DNA of 64,000 nucleotides from a virus (taxonomy: Duplodnaviria > Heunggongvirae > Uroviricota > Caudoviricetes), in the IMG/VR virus record IMGVR_UViG_3300021387_000463, positions 299,001-363,000 of that record; one strand, written 5' to 3'. Shown here in pieces: positions 9,456 through 20,081 of the stretch; within the stretch, counting starts at the first letter, position 1, and every line of letters begins with the position of its first letter. The translations under genes and the position numbers were made by a program. The notes under the pieces are model-generated. The model was not told the DNA's origin. It worked only from the letters and a program-made list of their open reading frames with translations, and searched no databases.

Positions 9456-11336
9456 ATGGCTATAACTCAAAACAATGTAGAGAACGTTAAGTTCTTAAGA
9501 AACCAAAATCCTTTTGAGTCACGTGAAGCTGCACGTACCGCTTTGGAGAACAATAAGGGTGTAGCAGCCGATGGTACTGCGTTGCTTGCTCGTTATACGA
9601 CAAGTGGCGAGGTTAAGACAATCGTTGGTTTTGTTTATGTGACAGGCGAAACGCATAACATAACAATCTTCGATACTGAGGGCGCTAGTGGTGATGTTGA
9701 GGCATTAAGAAGAGAGATTAATGCTAAACTTGGCGATGGTGTTACATCAGCAAATACCGCAACAGCACAGCTCGCTGCATTAAGTGGTAATAACAGTTCA
9801 ACAAGTGCTGAGACATCCGTTGAAGGTGCTAAGAGGTACGCTGATGAATTAAAGAATCAGATGGATTACACTGGTGTTACAACTGGTGATGGCGTTTATG
9901 TAACAAATGTAACGCAGTCTGATGGTATTGTATCTGCAACAACAGCAACCCTTCCAACCGTAACTGGCGAGGTTGAGTCTAAGAAGGTTGTAATGAGCGT
10001 ATCTGAGGACAAGGGTGAAATTGCTGTCACTAAGGGCACTATTGAGTCTTCTGATAAGACTGTTGTAATAGGCGATTTAACTGAAGGTAATGGTATTGAT
10101 TTCAAAGTTAATATTGATAATGATACTCTTGTTGCTGATGAGAGTACTGGTGTAATAAGTGTTGCTTCTACTGCACTTACACAGTATGTTGGCGATGAGG
10201 ACACAATCCATATTTCTGCTGCTGATGCGCAGAACAACAAGACAGTTAGTTCACTATTGACAATTAAAGAAGTATCAACAGGTGTTCCAGATACCGTAGC
10301 ACATAGATATATGCTAGCTGGTACTGGTACAACTAAAATTGGTGAATACATCGACATTCCAAAAGATAGTGCTCTTGTAAATTTCTATCTTGGTCATGTT
10401 GATGACCTTTTGGAAGGCACAACAGCCCAGACTGAAGAATCAACAACTTCAACTGTAGTTCCAGGTAGTGGTGACACTGCACTTGTATGGATTATGCAAC
10501 TTGCTAATGGTAAGTACAAGCTTACAGCAGTAGACGTTCATTCATTTATTGATGAGGCTGAATTTGCAAGTGGTGTTACTTGGGATTCTACAGACAAGAA
10601 GGTTAAGGGCGTTGTTGACTCAACTTCAGAAAAGGATTCACAAAGCACTCCAGTTGATTTCTTGACAGTTGGAGAGAATGGCTTCAAGATTAGTGGAATT
10701 AAGGATGAAATTGATAGAAAGATTAATGTTCTTGATGCAACAGGTGGAACACAGACAATAGCAACTGACAAACATATTGCTGTTGAGGTTATTGAGGCTA
10801 ATGGCTTGATTACAACCGTTACCGTAACTGAGGACAACATTGCTGATGCTGATGACCTTGCAGAACTTAGTGGTAAAACAATTACAGCTATAACATCTAC
10901 AAATGGTAGTATTACAGCATCAATCAGTAATGAAGATGGTAACAAGACTGCTGATATTCAGACTGACGCTGACAAGATTCAGATGAGTGGCTTCTCTGCT
11001 GGTAACACTACTGCATTGAGTGGTATTGCTGAGTCTGATTCAATTGCAACCGCATTTGAGAAGACAAATACTGTTATCACAGAGAACGAGAGAGTTACTG
11101 CTGCTGCATTAACAGGACTTGATGGAAGACTTGATGTAGTTGAGGCTGAGTACATCAGTGGTGTATCTGTAAATGGTCATGATGTAACTGTTGCTAACAA
11201 GGTTGCTCCTATTTCAATCACTGCTGCGACTTCTGCTGCAACTGCTACAAGCACTGAGGCAATCGTTGTTGATACCGATGCAAATGGCAATATTACCCTT
11301 GGAATTGCAAATATTGATTGTGGCTACTATGCATAA
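9456..11336 (+). CDS. Putative fibre/decoration protein
   Basis: T/S/D-rich beta sequence; N-terminus paralogous to the 20937 gene (LRN...DG.A.LARY...T.VGF); ends IDCGYYA; late motif at 9397. Confidence 0.55.
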   Translation: MAITQNNVENVKFLRNQNPFESREAARTALENNKGVAADGTALLARYTTSGEVKTIVGFVYVTGETHNITIFDTEGASGDVEALRREINAKLGDGVTSANTATAQLAALSGNNSSTSAETSVEGAKRYADELKNQMDYTGVTTGDGVYVTNVTQSDGIVSATTATLPTVTGEVESKKVVMSVSEDKGEIAVTKGTIESSDKTVVIGDLTEGNGIDFKVNIDNDTLVADESTGVISVASTALTQYVGDEDTIHISAADAQNNKTVSSLLTIKEVSTGVPDTVAHRYMLAGTGTTKIGEYIDIPKDSALVNFYLGHVDDLLEGTTAQTEESTTSTVVPGSGDTALVWIMQLANGKYKLTAVDVHSFIDEAEFASGVTWDSTDKKVKGVVDSTSEKDSQSTPVDFLTVGENGFKISGIKDEIDRKINVLDATGGTQTIATDKHIAVEVIEANGLITTVTVTEDNIADADDLAELSGKTITAITSTNGSITASISNEDGNKTADIQTDADKIQMSGFSAGNTTALSGIAESDSIATAFEKTNTVITENERVTAAALTGLDGRLDVVEAEYISGVSVNGHDVTVANKVAPISITAATSAATATSTEAIVVDTDANGNITLGIANIDCGYYA

Positions 11337-11367
11337 TCTAAGTTTCTTTAAATAACTCTTTATATTA

Positions 11368-11420
11368 AAATGGATAATCTGTATGGGTTATCCATTTTTT
11401 ATTCTTGGGAAAATATTTAT
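11368..11420 (+). terminator. Terminator + late promoter cassette
   Basis: AAATGGATAATC-TGTAT-GGGTTATCCATTTTTT hairpin followed by ATATTTAT (11413-11420). Confidence 0.75.
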
Positions 11421-11439
11421 AGAGAAATGAATTTTATAT

Positions 11440-14400
11440 ATGAAATATTTTAGGATATTTAATTACACAAATGATTACATTGAATATATGGCACAAGAAG
11501 GTGCTGTAGTTCCAAATATATCATATTGTTCTGGAGATAGTAAGACGTATATAACAGCTGGTAAACCATCTCCAACATGCACTTTGGTTATAGAAGGAGC
11601 GTCAGAAATAATTGCTGAAACCTGTAAATATAACGCAATGTGCGGTGGTAATGATGTCACATCATCTGCCGTATGGAGCATTATAAGTGGTTCTGATTAT
11701 GCAACGATAGATGCAACAAACGGTAAGATTACAATTTCATCTACAGCAAGTGAATCTCCTGTTACAATACAAGCGGCATATAATGGTCAAACTGCAACGA
11801 AGGAAATAACATTGACATATCAAAGTGGTTCTTCTGCTGAAACAACAACTGAGGTTGTAACTGATGAAAGCGGAAACACCACAACAGTTGTCACAACAGT
11901 GACAGAGAATGAAGACGGTTCTTCAACTGAGGTTGTAGAGTCAGTTGTGACAGACAGTGAAGGAAATGTCATTGGTAGCACAGAGAAAAGCAAGGAAACA
12001 AATTCAGATGGCTCATATACAAGTAATGAGACAAACTATGATGCCAATGGTAATGCAACTGATGGTACTAACATAACTGGAGATACTGATGGCAACGTAA
12101 GCACACAAGATGTTAAATATGATGAAAGTGGCAATACAATTGTCACTGGATATGATATTGACACAAGCGGAAATCCACATGGAGTGAAGGAGTTTAGAGC
12201 AGATGGTGTTAATACAGAATACTATGCTCTTGATGTTACACAAGGCTTTGTGATGGATATTCACTTTACAATAGATTTTACAAATCAGCCACCAAATCAA
12301 AGTGACAATCATCATAACATAATCAATTCAAAGAGGGCAACGCCAGCGCCTTGGTATGGTTTTCAAGTAAGGCAAACTCAAACAAACAAGTATATACAAC
12401 TTGGTACACAGTTCTCAACTGGCAGTAATGCGAACACAACAATAACAACAACAAATGCAAACAAATATAATGGTTCATCAAACATATATGAATATAATTT
12501 GCATATAGTGTATAACCCAACTGCTAGTACAAATAAGTTTACTTGTGATGAACTAATCGGTAATGCATTCAACTATACATCAAACAATACATTCCCAGAC
12601 ATTGAGGATTTGAAATATATTAAGACAACAGTTGGCTGTGCATTGGATGAAAACGGAGACCCATTCAGATTCTCAAACATTGATGTGTTCAGTTTTTCAA
12701 TTAAGAAACTTACCAACGTTAGTGAGCCAGTAATAGATTGTGACGGTCAGTATATTACAATAACTTGTGAAACTGTAGGTGCTGACATTCATTATAGGCT
12801 TAATGAGGTTGGCGTATATGCTAAGTATACAGAGCCAATAGCGATTACTGCTGACACACTTGTTCAAGCATATGCTGAACTTGAAGGTGACAAGAGTAAT
12901 ACTGTAAGCAAGAACTGCTTATATGATAATGGTATCGCAACACCAGTTATCACTTGTGATGGAGAATATGTGTCAATCGCTTGTGCAACAACTGATGCTG
13001 AACTTTATTACAGAATGAACGAAACTGGAACGTATAGTGTATATACTGATTCATTTGAGATAACTGCAACAACAGTTGTTGAGGCATATGCTCAAGTTGG
13101 AACTGAGGTTGGACATACTGCAAAGGAAACATGTACTTATAGCCCTGTTGTATTGGTAGCCCCAACTGTTATCTTCAACGGAGAGGAAATATCTTTGGCT
13201 TGTGAGACAGCAAGTGCAACCATAAACTATAGATTAAACCAAGAAGGAACTTATCAAGTTTATACTACTCCAATAGTAATTACTGCTGATACTCTTGTTG
13301 AAACATATTCATCATATAGAGGACGTGTAAGTTCTGTTGTAACGCAAAACTGTGAATATAGTCCAGTACACCATTATGAAAATGACTATTTGACATTTAG
13401 AATAACAAGTGCAGGAACAATTTGTTGGAAATCTGTTGGAAGCGGATATGCGAAAACAATTGAGTATAGCCTTAACGGTGGAGAATGGACTTCCATAACA
13501 GCAGCATCAACACCACCATCGATAAATGTGGCGGCTGGTGATGTTATAAGATTCAAGGGAACAAATACATCATACGCTGGAAGTAAATCAAATTATGCTT
13601 CATTCGGAAAAGATACTAGTGGGTCTACAGACATAGGTTCAACTGCTCATTTTGTGGCTGAAGGTAATGTAATGTCACTCATTTATGGAGATAATTTCAT
13701 TGGAAATACAGCAATGACAGGAACATACAATTTCTGTTCATTATTTAAGCGTACAAATATAGAGTCTGCTGAGAATTTAGTATTACCGTCAACAACGTTG
13801 ACAGAATATTGCTATCGTGCAATGTTCAGTTGGTGTACCGAATTAGCAGTTGCTCCTCAATTACCAGCCACAACATTGGCAAAAGGTGTTTATTGGTATA
13901 TGTTTGAGAAGTGTGCAATAACTGAAGCACCAGAACTTCTTGCTGAACATTTAGTAGCAGAATGTTATGGGGATATGTTTATTAATTGCGCAAGCCTTAA
14001 CTTTATTAAATGTATGGCAATTGATGGATTTAACACAACCAACTGTAAGCAGAATTGGGTTAGTGGTGTTACATCAAGCGGTACATTCGTAAAGGATAGT
14101 GGAGTTTCTGTAGATACTTGGAGTAGAGGAGCAAACGGTATTCCAACCAATTGGTTAGTGTATGATAACGTTCCAGTTGTTCCACCTACAATTACATATG
14201 ATGGATTCAGTGTAATAACATTAACTTGTGATACACAAGGTGCTGACATATATTATAGATTGAATAATAGTGGGGAATATAGTGCATATACAACCGCTAT
14301 AACGATAACAGCAGATACCATTATACAGACATATTCAGAATTAAACGGACAAGAGAGTAGAACTGTGTCTCAGACTTGTCAATATGTAAGTGATGTACCT

Positions 14401-16365
14401 ATTGAATATTCAAACAGAGATTTGAAGAAGTGGAACTATGGTAATCAAGAAATTACCACGCCATATTCAGTCAATGCAATTGATGGCCATTCATCAAATT
14501 ATGCAAAGGGAACATTTAACTTTGAGACAAGTTTTGCGCTGAGTGGGGCACAGCCAACGTATTTGTGGTTCCAGCATGCTGACCATTCGGCATCAATATA
14601 TGTTGATGATACACTAGTTGAAAAACATTGGGGAGGATATGCGGCATTCTTCACTGATATAAGTGAATATGTACATAGTGGCTCAAATACTGTAAAGGTT
14701 GCAATCAAGAACAATGAAGGAAACTATGTTGCACCAGCAGCAGGTGACTTCAACTTCAATGCAACACTCGGTAATGTAAGACTGTTGACAAGTCCATATC
14801 TTCCAGCTATGAACTACGGATATGATGGTTTCCATATCACTTCAACAGTGTCTGACGCAGAGGCAACTATCAATATAAAGACAAGTGTTCCAACTGGTGC
14901 TACGTTGGTTTGTAAGATTGATGATGGTAATACCAATATTTATTCTGCAACAAGTGCAAGTACTGGTGAGGAAATGACATTTACAAAGGTTATTGCAAAC
15001 CCTCATCTATGGAATGGTAAATCAGACCCATATCTATACACAGTAACACTTGAGATATATGGTGGAAACGATTTGTATCATAGGTTTGTAAGACCTTATG
15101 GATTGAGATACTATGAGTATGTAATCAATGATACTGAAAAGGTTGGTACTGATGAAAATCCGTATACTGGATTCTTGCTCAATGGTTCTCCATATCTTCT
15201 TAGAGGATGCTGTATGCATGATGATATAGAAGGAAGGGCAAATGCATTGACTGAAACCGATTATAACAATACATTTGCAACAATTCAAGAACTTGGACTT
15301 AACTTCTTACGTTTAGCTCATTATCCTCATCCGAAGGAGGTATATGACAGATGTGATGCATTAGGTATAGTTGTGCAGACTGAAGGCCCTTGTGTTAACA
15401 AGTTACAGTCAACAATGCCAGAAGACTATTATACACACTTAACTGGTCAGTATACAGATATGGTCAATCAGCATTATAATCATCCTTGTATCTTCTTCTG
15501 GGGTCTTAGCAATGAGACAACGACTGATGACAAGGCATTTGGTAAGCAGAAGGTAGAGGAATACACAGCATTAATCAAGAGACTTGATTCTGAGAGAATG
15601 GTAGGATATGTGCTTGCACAAAGTCCTGGAACAAGTCCAAGTGCATACTATAATGACCCATCCAATGTTGACTGGTTCGGATGTAACATATATGTTGGTT
15701 GGTACGACAGTCCAAATTCTAATACTCCTGTGTCACAGATTAACACACGTCTTAACAACACAATTAACAGGGTTGGAAAACCAATGGCATACTCAGAGTA
15801 TGGTTGCGGTGGTACACAACGTTGTCACTCAGATGACTTTATGAATACAACCACAAGGGGTAATCACGAAAGACACGATATTGAATATATGATGTGGCTA
15901 CATGAAGGACATATTGCGGCAATCAAGCAATATCCGCAGTTGATGTTCACATCTCAATGGCAGTTGTTCGACATTGCTGTGGCAAACAGAAATGAGGGAT
16001 ATACAGTATGCCTTGATGGTGAGAACACATCTATTGACGATGAATTGAGAAGACTCAATAACAAGGGTCTTGTTGAGAGAGACCACGTTACCAAGAAGGA
16101 TACCTTCTATCTGTACAAGGCTTGGTGGAATCAGACAGACAAATTCGTGCATATATGCCAGAAGAACTATACAAAGATGGTTGATAGGGCTATCAAGTGT
16201 TATACAAACCAAACAACTGAGTTTGCATTAAAGGTAAACGGAACAACTGTTGAAACAAAAGCTGCAACTGATAATATTCTTACGTTTACAGCACATACAT
16301 TCAGTAGTGGTGATGTAGTAACCGTTGAGAGTGGTAATATTAGTGATACATTTACTTTTGAATAA
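11440..16365 (+). CDS. Multidomain protein: docking N-terminus, Ig-like domain, four Fn3/chitobiase-like repeats, LPATTL-type repeats, C-terminal GH2 glycoside hydrolase
   Basis: GH2 motifs HLWNG..DPYLY, LRGCCMHDD, GLNFLRLAHYPH, YDRCDALGIVV, HYNHPCIFFWGLSNE (acid/base) and SEYG (nucleophile); four P.I.CDG...I.C.T.GA.I.YRLN repeats. Confidence 0.88.
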   Translation: MKYFRIFNYTNDYIEYMAQEGAVVPNISYCSGDSKTYITAGKPSPTCTLVIEGASEIIAETCKYNAMCGGNDVTSSAVWSIISGSDYATIDATNGKITISSTASESPVTIQAAYNGQTATKEITLTYQSGSSAETTTEVVTDESGNTTTVVTTVTENEDGSSTEVVESVVTDSEGNVIGSTEKSKETNSDGSYTSNETNYDANGNATDGTNITGDTDGNVSTQDVKYDESGNTIVTGYDIDTSGNPHGVKEFRADGVNTEYYALDVTQGFVMDIHFTIDFTNQPPNQSDNHHNIINSKRATPAPWYGFQVRQTQTNKYIQLGTQFSTGSNANTTITTTNANKYNGSSNIYEYNLHIVYNPTASTNKFTCDELIGNAFNYTSNNTFPDIEDLKYIKTTVGCALDENGDPFRFSNIDVFSFSIKKLTNVSEPVIDCDGQYITITCETVGADIHYRLNEVGVYAKYTEPIAITADTLVQAYAELEGDKSNTVSKNCLYDNGIATPVITCDGEYVSIACATTDAELYYRMNETGTYSVYTDSFEITATTVVEAYAQVGTEVGHTAKETCTYSPVVLVAPTVIFNGEEISLACETASATINYRLNQEGTYQVYTTPIVITADTLVETYSSYRGRVSSVVTQNCEYSPVHHYENDYLTFRITSAGTICWKSVGSGYAKTIEYSLNGGEWTSITAASTPPSINVAAGDVIRFKGTNTSYAGSKSNYASFGKDTSGSTDIGSTAHFVAEGNVMSLIYGDNFIGNTAMTGTYNFCSLFKRTNIESAENLVLPSTTLTEYCYRAMFSWCTELAVAPQLPATTLAKGVYWYMFEKCAITEAPELLAEHLVAECYGDMFINCASLNFIKCMAIDGFNTTNCKQNWVSGVTSSGTFVKDSGVSVDTWSRGANGIPTNWLVYDNVPVVPPTITYDGFSVITLTCDTQGADIYYRLNNSGEYSAYTTAITITADTIIQTYSELNGQESRTVSQTCQYVSDVPIEYSNRDLKKWNYGNQEITTPYSVNAIDGHSSNYAKGTFNFETSFALSGAQPTYLWFQHADHSASIYVDDTLVEKHWGGYAAFFTDISEYVHSGSNTVKVAIKNNEGNYVAPAAGDFNFNATLGNVRLLTSPYLPAMNYGYDGFHITSTVSDAEATINIKTSVPTGATLVCKIDDGNTNIYSATSASTGEEMTFTKVIANPHLWNGKSDPYLYTVTLEIYGGNDLYHRFVRPYGLRYYEYVINDTEKVGTDENPYTGFLLNGSPYLLRGCCMHDDIEGRANALTETDYNNTFATIQELGLNFLRLAHYPHPKEVYDRCDALGIVVQTEGPCVNKLQSTMPEDYYTHLTGQYTDMVNQHYNHPCIFFWGLSNETTTDDKAFGKQKVEEYTALIKRLDSERMVGYVLAQSPGTSPSAYYNDPSNVDWFGCNIYVGWYDSPNSNTPVSQINTRLNNTINRVGKPMAYSEYGCGGTQRCHSDDFMNTTTRGNHERHDIEYMMWLHEGHIAAIKQYPQLMFTSQWQLFDIAVANRNEGYTVCLDGENTSIDDELRRLNNKGLVERDHVTKKDTFYLYKAWWNQTDKFVHICQKNYTKMVDRAIKCYTNQTTEFALKVNGTTVETKAATDNILTFTAHTFSSGDVVTVESGNISDTFTFE

Positions 16366-16375
16366 AAAAATATTA

Positions 16376-16429
16376 ATGAGGGGTTGTTTAAATACAGTTC
16401 CTCATTTTTATTTCTCATCAGATATTTAT
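16376..16429 (+). repeat. 54-bp terminator/late-promoter direct repeat, copy 1
   Basis: 50/54 identical to 22802-22855 by manual alignment; contains the ATGAGG...CCTCAT hairpin, a T-tract and ATATTTAT. Confidence 0.9.
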
Positions 16430-16537
16430 ATAGTAAATGTATATATTTTAATAGATTTTTAAACAAGCTGGTATTCTTACCCTTTTATGAAATCTATATT
16501 TCTAATAATAAAAACTATTAAAAAAGAAATTAAATTT

Positions 16538-19500
16538 ATGGGCAAAAATGCTGATTTTGTCTCTCATAAGAAGAGCAAGCAAAAAAATCAAGATGGTAGT
16601 CCTAAACTACCAGTAGCATCTGCATTGGTGGAAGGTGAGATAGCCATCAACTTCGCTGAAAACGTTGAAACATTATCAATCAAGAATGAAAGCGGTGATG
16701 TCGTTACATTCTCAAGTGACAACTATTACACTGAGAAGAAACTTGGAAGCGGATTCACTGGTGAGAATAGTGGTGTAACCGTTACTGACACAATATTATG
16801 GGTTAGTGGAACAGGCGAAAATGCCATTGTGCAGAAAGGCGGTGGAAACACAGCAAGTGGAAAACTATCAGTAGCTATGGGTAGCGGCACTACAGCAAGT
16901 GGAGATTATTCTGTTACTGAAGGACGTATTACAACAGCAAGTGGCGATTACTCTCATGCTGAAGGGTATAATACAAAAGCAAATGGTATTTCTTCTCACG
17001 CTGAAGGTGCTAGTACAACAGCAAGTGGTCCTCAATCTCACGCTGAAGGAGGTAATACAAAAGCAAATGGTCAATATTCTCACGCTGAAGGAAATAGCAC
17101 AAGTGCAACTAGTCAGTCATCTCACGCTGAAGGAAATTATACAAAAGCGAATGGGCAATATTCACACGCTGAAGGAAGTGGCACAGTAGCAAGTGGTCAG
17201 TCTTCTCACGCTGAAGGAGGTAATACAAAAGCAAATGGTCAATATTCTCACGCTGAAGGACAAAGTACTAGTGCAACTAGTCAATCATCCCACGCTGAAG
17301 GTAGTGGTACAACTGCAAATGGCACTTGTTCTCACTCAGAAGGATATAATACAACTGCAAATGGTGTCTTTTCTCATGCTGAAGGTGATAATACAACAGC
17401 AAATAATCAGTCAGAGCACGCAAGTGGACAATATAACGTAAGTAACAGTGCTTCAACTACGTTTGGTGATAGTGGCAATACACTATTCAGTGTCGGTAAT
17501 GGTACTGCTAATAATGCAAGGCACAACGCTTTTGAGATTAGGCAGAATGGTGATATCTACATAACCAGTGGTAGTTCTGATATTAAGTTACAAGATTATA
17601 TTGGAAGTCCAATAGATGTTGACCAAGTATTGGATGATACGACATCCGCAAGCACAAATCCTGTATCAAGCAAGGCTGTATATAAGGCAGCGACTGATAA
17701 TGAACTTGTATGGACGAATGCATTTGTTGCAATGAGTGGTACTGTAAGTGCGCATACTGCAAATACTGAGATACACGTAACTGCTGCCGACAAGACGGCT
17801 TGGGTCAATAAGATTGGCTATGCTGAATACGATTCAAACGATAAGAAGATTAATTTCTATAAGAATGATACAGATACCGCAACATCGATTTGTTATATTG
17901 ATGCAACCGATTTCATCAAGGATGGCATGGTACAGAATGTTGAAATAAAGGATGTAACAAGTGGTGGAAGTCAAGTTACTTGCCTTGTAATATCATTCAA
18001 TACAGATGCTGGAAAGCAAGATATAAACGTGCCTATAAGTGACATATTTGATGCTTCAAATTATTATACAAAATCTCAGACAAGCGGTGCAACAGAAATA
18101 TCAAATGCATTGAATGGCCTCGATGCAAGGAAACTTGATGCAAGTGCATATACACCAAGCGTTGAACTTTGGGTAAGAGGAACAGGATTGAACTCTGTTG
18201 TTCTTAAGGGTTCAAGTAGCACAGCAAGTGGTAACTTCTCTGTGGCAGAAGGCAGTCAAACACAAGCGATTGGTAACTATTCACATGCTGAAGGCTATTT
18301 TACAACTGCACGTGGTAGCGATTCTCATGCTGAAGGATGTAATACAAAAGCAAATGGCTATGCATCTCACGCTGAAGGTAGTGGTACAACAGCAAGTGGT
18401 GAACGTTCTCACGCTGAAGGATATAATACAAAGGCAAGTGGTTATTATTCTCACGCAGAAGGATATGATACAACTGCAAGTAATTATTCTCACGCAGAAG
18501 GATATAATACAAAGGCAAGTGGTGATTATTCTCATGCTGAAGGATATGGTACAACAGCAAGTGGTGAACGTTCTCACGCTGAAGGAAGAAGTACAAGTGC
18601 AACATCATATCAAGCACACGCAGAAGGATATTATACAAAAGCAAATGGCTATGCATCTCACGCTGAAGGTAGTGGTACAACAGCAAGTGGCATTTATTCT
18701 CACGCTGAAGGAAATAATACAACAGCAAATAATCAGTCAGAGCACGCAAGTGGACAATATAACGTAAGTAACAGTGCTTCAACTACGTTTGGTGATAGCG
18801 GTAACACATTATTCTCAGTTGGTAACGGTACATCAAGCTCAGCACGTCACAATGCGTTTGAGATTAGGCAGAATGGAGATATTTATATAACTAGTGGTAG
18901 TTCTGATATTAAGTTGCAGGATTACATTGGAGGAAGTGTAGAGACGGTAACAGCAATCACTCCTTCAAATAGTGGTTCAACAAGCCCAATTGCAACGAAG
19001 GTTGTTGCTGAGAATGAATTGGCAGTATCTGCTGCATTGAATGACCTCGATGCAAGGAAGCTTGATGCAAGTGCATATACGCCAACAGATTTAAGCAATT
19101 ATTATACAAAATCTCAGACAAGCGGTGCAACAGAAATATCAAATGCATTGAATGGCCTCGATACAAGGAAACTTGATGTATCGGCATATACACCAAGCGT
19201 TGAACTTTGGGTAAGCGGAACAGGTTTAAACTCTGTTGTGGTTAAGGGTTCAAGTGGTACTGCAAGTGGAAACTACTCTGTGGCAGAAGGATTTAAAACA
19301 ATAGCAAGTGGTGAATCTTCTCACGCTGAAGGATATGGTACAAAAGCAAGTTTTTATTACAGCCACGCTGAAGGTAGTGGTACAACAGCAAGTAACAATT
19401 CTAGCCACGCTGAAGGAAGTAATACAAAAGCAATGGGTGAGTCTTCTCACGCAGAAGGACATTATACAGAAGCACATAACAGTTCTAGCCACGCTGAAGG

Positions 19501-19903
19501 AGACCATACAACAGCAAATGGTCCTTATTCTCACGCAGAAGGTTCTTATACAAAAGCAAATGGTTCATATTCACACGCAGAAGGTGGTAATACAATAACA
19601 AATAATCAGTCAGAGCACGCAAGTGGTAGATATAATGTAAGTTCTAAGGCTAGCAATACTTTTGGCAACAGTGGAAATACTTTATTTAGTGTTGGCAATG
19701 GTACTGATAATAATGCAAGGCACAACGCTTTTGAAATACGTCAGAATGGTGATATCTACATAACAAGTGGTGGTACGACATCAAGTGAAAGTATTAAGTT
19801 ACAAGACAGCATTGGAAGTAAGGCTGATAAGTCAACCACATATACAAAGTCTGAAATCGATGATATGATTGGTGACATTGAAACATTATTGGCTGCAATA
19901 TAA
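16538..19903 (+). CDS. Tail-fibre-like protein with a T4 gp37-type N-terminus and three blocks of YadA-head-like 14-aa repeats
   Basis: PVASALVEGEIAINF...IKNESGDVV resembles the gp37 N-terminal LAEGELAIN motif; more than 30 SHAEG..T.A.G repeats. Start at 16538 chosen over 16487 for its A-rich context. Confidence 0.82.
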   Translation: MGKNADFVSHKKSKQKNQDGSPKLPVASALVEGEIAINFAENVETLSIKNESGDVVTFSSDNYYTEKKLGSGFTGENSGVTVTDTILWVSGTGENAIVQKGGGNTASGKLSVAMGSGTTASGDYSVTEGRITTASGDYSHAEGYNTKANGISSHAEGASTTASGPQSHAEGGNTKANGQYSHAEGNSTSATSQSSHAEGNYTKANGQYSHAEGSGTVASGQSSHAEGGNTKANGQYSHAEGQSTSATSQSSHAEGSGTTANGTCSHSEGYNTTANGVFSHAEGDNTTANNQSEHASGQYNVSNSASTTFGDSGNTLFSVGNGTANNARHNAFEIRQNGDIYITSGSSDIKLQDYIGSPIDVDQVLDDTTSASTNPVSSKAVYKAATDNELVWTNAFVAMSGTVSAHTANTEIHVTAADKTAWVNKIGYAEYDSNDKKINFYKNDTDTATSICYIDATDFIKDGMVQNVEIKDVTSGGSQVTCLVISFNTDAGKQDINVPISDIFDASNYYTKSQTSGATEISNALNGLDARKLDASAYTPSVELWVRGTGLNSVVLKGSSSTASGNFSVAEGSQTQAIGNYSHAEGYFTTARGSDSHAEGCNTKANGYASHAEGSGTTASGERSHAEGYNTKASGYYSHAEGYDTTASNYSHAEGYNTKASGDYSHAEGYGTTASGERSHAEGRSTSATSYQAHAEGYYTKANGYASHAEGSGTTASGIYSHAEGNNTTANNQSEHASGQYNVSNSASTTFGDSGNTLFSVGNGTSSSARHNAFEIRQNGDIYITSGSSDIKLQDYIGGSVETVTAITPSNSGSTSPIATKVVAENELAVSAALNDLDARKLDASAYTPTDLSNYYTKSQTSGATEISNALNGLDTRKLDVSAYTPSVELWVSGTGLNSVVVKGSSGTASGNYSVAEGFKTIASGESSHAEGYGTKASFYYSHAEGSGTTASNNSSHAEGSNTKAMGESSHAEGHYTEAHNSSSHAEGDHTTANGPYSHAEGSYTKANGSYSHAEGGNTITNNQSEHASGRYNVSSKASNTFGNSGNTLFSVGNGTDNNARHNAFEIRQNGDIYITSGGTTSSESIKLQDSIGSKADKSTTYTKSEIDDMIGDIETLLAAI

Positions 19904-19911
19904 TAAGTAAT

Positions 19912-20061
19912 ATGTGTATAATAAAGTATATTAAGAAATTATTGAAATGTGATTGTGTATCCGTTTCAGAATTCGAATCAAATAAAGATAAGATTTCGGC
20001 AGCATTGAAAGACTTAAATGATAGAATCGGTGCTGCTGAAATAAAACTAAAAGGCTTATAA
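19912..20061 (+). CDS. 49-aa ORF missing from the track
   Basis: MCIIKYIKKLLKCDCVSVSEFESNKDKISAALKDLNDRIGAAEIKLKGL fills the gap between two genes; ISAALKDLNDR matches VSAALNDLDAR in the upstream fibre. Confidence 0.55.
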   Translation: MCIIKYIKKLLKCDCVSVSEFESNKDKISAALKDLNDRIGAAEIKLKGL

Positions 20062-20081
20062 ATTCTAAAATATAATATATT

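Noticed and set aside
12150-12170. TTGACACAAG as the missing IS1595 right end
   Set aside because: Only a 10-bp match, inside an intact coding sequence, with no flanking target duplication.
16860-19620. CRISPR-like appearance of the recurring TCTCACGCTGAAGG repeats
   Set aside because: The 42-bp periodicity is in frame and encodes 14-aa SHAEG repeats; the intervening sequences are related to one another rather than being unique spacers.
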